Assembly (NCBI GenBank): GCA_963713825.1
Contig: CAVQNG010000010.1
Coordinates: forward strand, 1 to 50,586
From: an uncultured Acidobacteriota bacterium
GTDB taxonomy: Bacteria; Acidobacteriota; Thermoanaerobaculia; Multivoradales; JAHEKO01
Direction: 5' to 3'
DNA: 50,586 nt
Below the pieces are notes generated by a model. It was not told the origin of the DNA. It worked only from the letters and a program-made list of their open reading frames with translations, and searched no databases. This document shows, piece by piece, positions 50,315 to 50,586 of the stretch. How positions within the stretch are numbered: the stretch's first letter is position 1; each line of letters starts with the position of its first letter. Both the position numbers and the translations under genes were made by a program.

Positions 50315-50586
50315 GTCCCCACACTTCCCGAGATTGCTCGGGCCAGCGCCTTCCTCGACTTCCCCATCACGAGCAGAGACCATGCAAGTTGGTCGAGGGA
50401 GGCCTGCCCTCTTTCCATCTTCGACACCCGACCCTGACTTGTGCTGAGGATCTCTGCGGCCTTCTCCTGCGAGAGCTTCTTGCTGCGGCGGAGCGCCTTG
50501 AGCTCCTCACCGAGCTGAATCTTCATGTCGATGATGGCAACTTCCTCAGGAGACAGCTCCAGCCATTCTTCTACACCTGAAGAGAC
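50311..50586 (-). CDS. XRE-family HTH protein (probable antitoxin); 5' end outside the window
   Basis: ...VEEWLELSPEEVAIIDMKIQLGEELKALRRSKKLSQEKAAEILSTSQGRVSKMERG. Confidence 0.8.
   Translation of the reverse strand, partial: VSSGVEEWLELSPEEVAIIDMKIQLGEELKALRRSKKLSQEKAAEILSTSQGRVSKMERGQASLDQLAWSLLVMGKSRKALARAISGSVGT

Overview
A GC-rich bacterial window; the style of the kinase gene suggests Acidobacteriota, but that is inference. After a dehydrogenase 5' end, a small gene pair, a Ser/Thr kinase-TPR gene and higBA, the rest (about 4.6-50 kb) is a defence and DNA-damage accessory island. Two near-identical PafB/C-like HTH-WYL regulator genes each head a different cargo. Cargo 1 is an alpha-CTD/sigma-r4 protein facing a PLD-SF2 helicase, small protein, DndD-like ABC ATPase and DndE-like operon, preceded by an IS3-truncated PAPS-reductase pseudogene. 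Cargo 2 is a NERD helicase followed by an SspABCD-type phosphorothioation core with no sspE; in its place are GIY-YIG, DGQHR/DndB, SF2 helicase, PT-associated methyltransferase and deoxyribosyltransferase-like genes. Further on are a TerB operon, a nuclease-glycosylase fusion, an HD-kinase fusion, AddAB-like genes, two Rap1a-type lipoproteins, TA modules and an ADP-ribosylglycohydrolase. The strongest non-coding signals are (i) a TGACAG-N9/10-YANNNT promoter motif at nine positions, a candidate WYL regulon, and (ii) two copies of a ~155-nt multi-stem, pseudoknotted RNA with compensatory changes whose closing stem competes with a terminator. Many genes beyond 24 kb are frameshifted, possibly by sequencing error.
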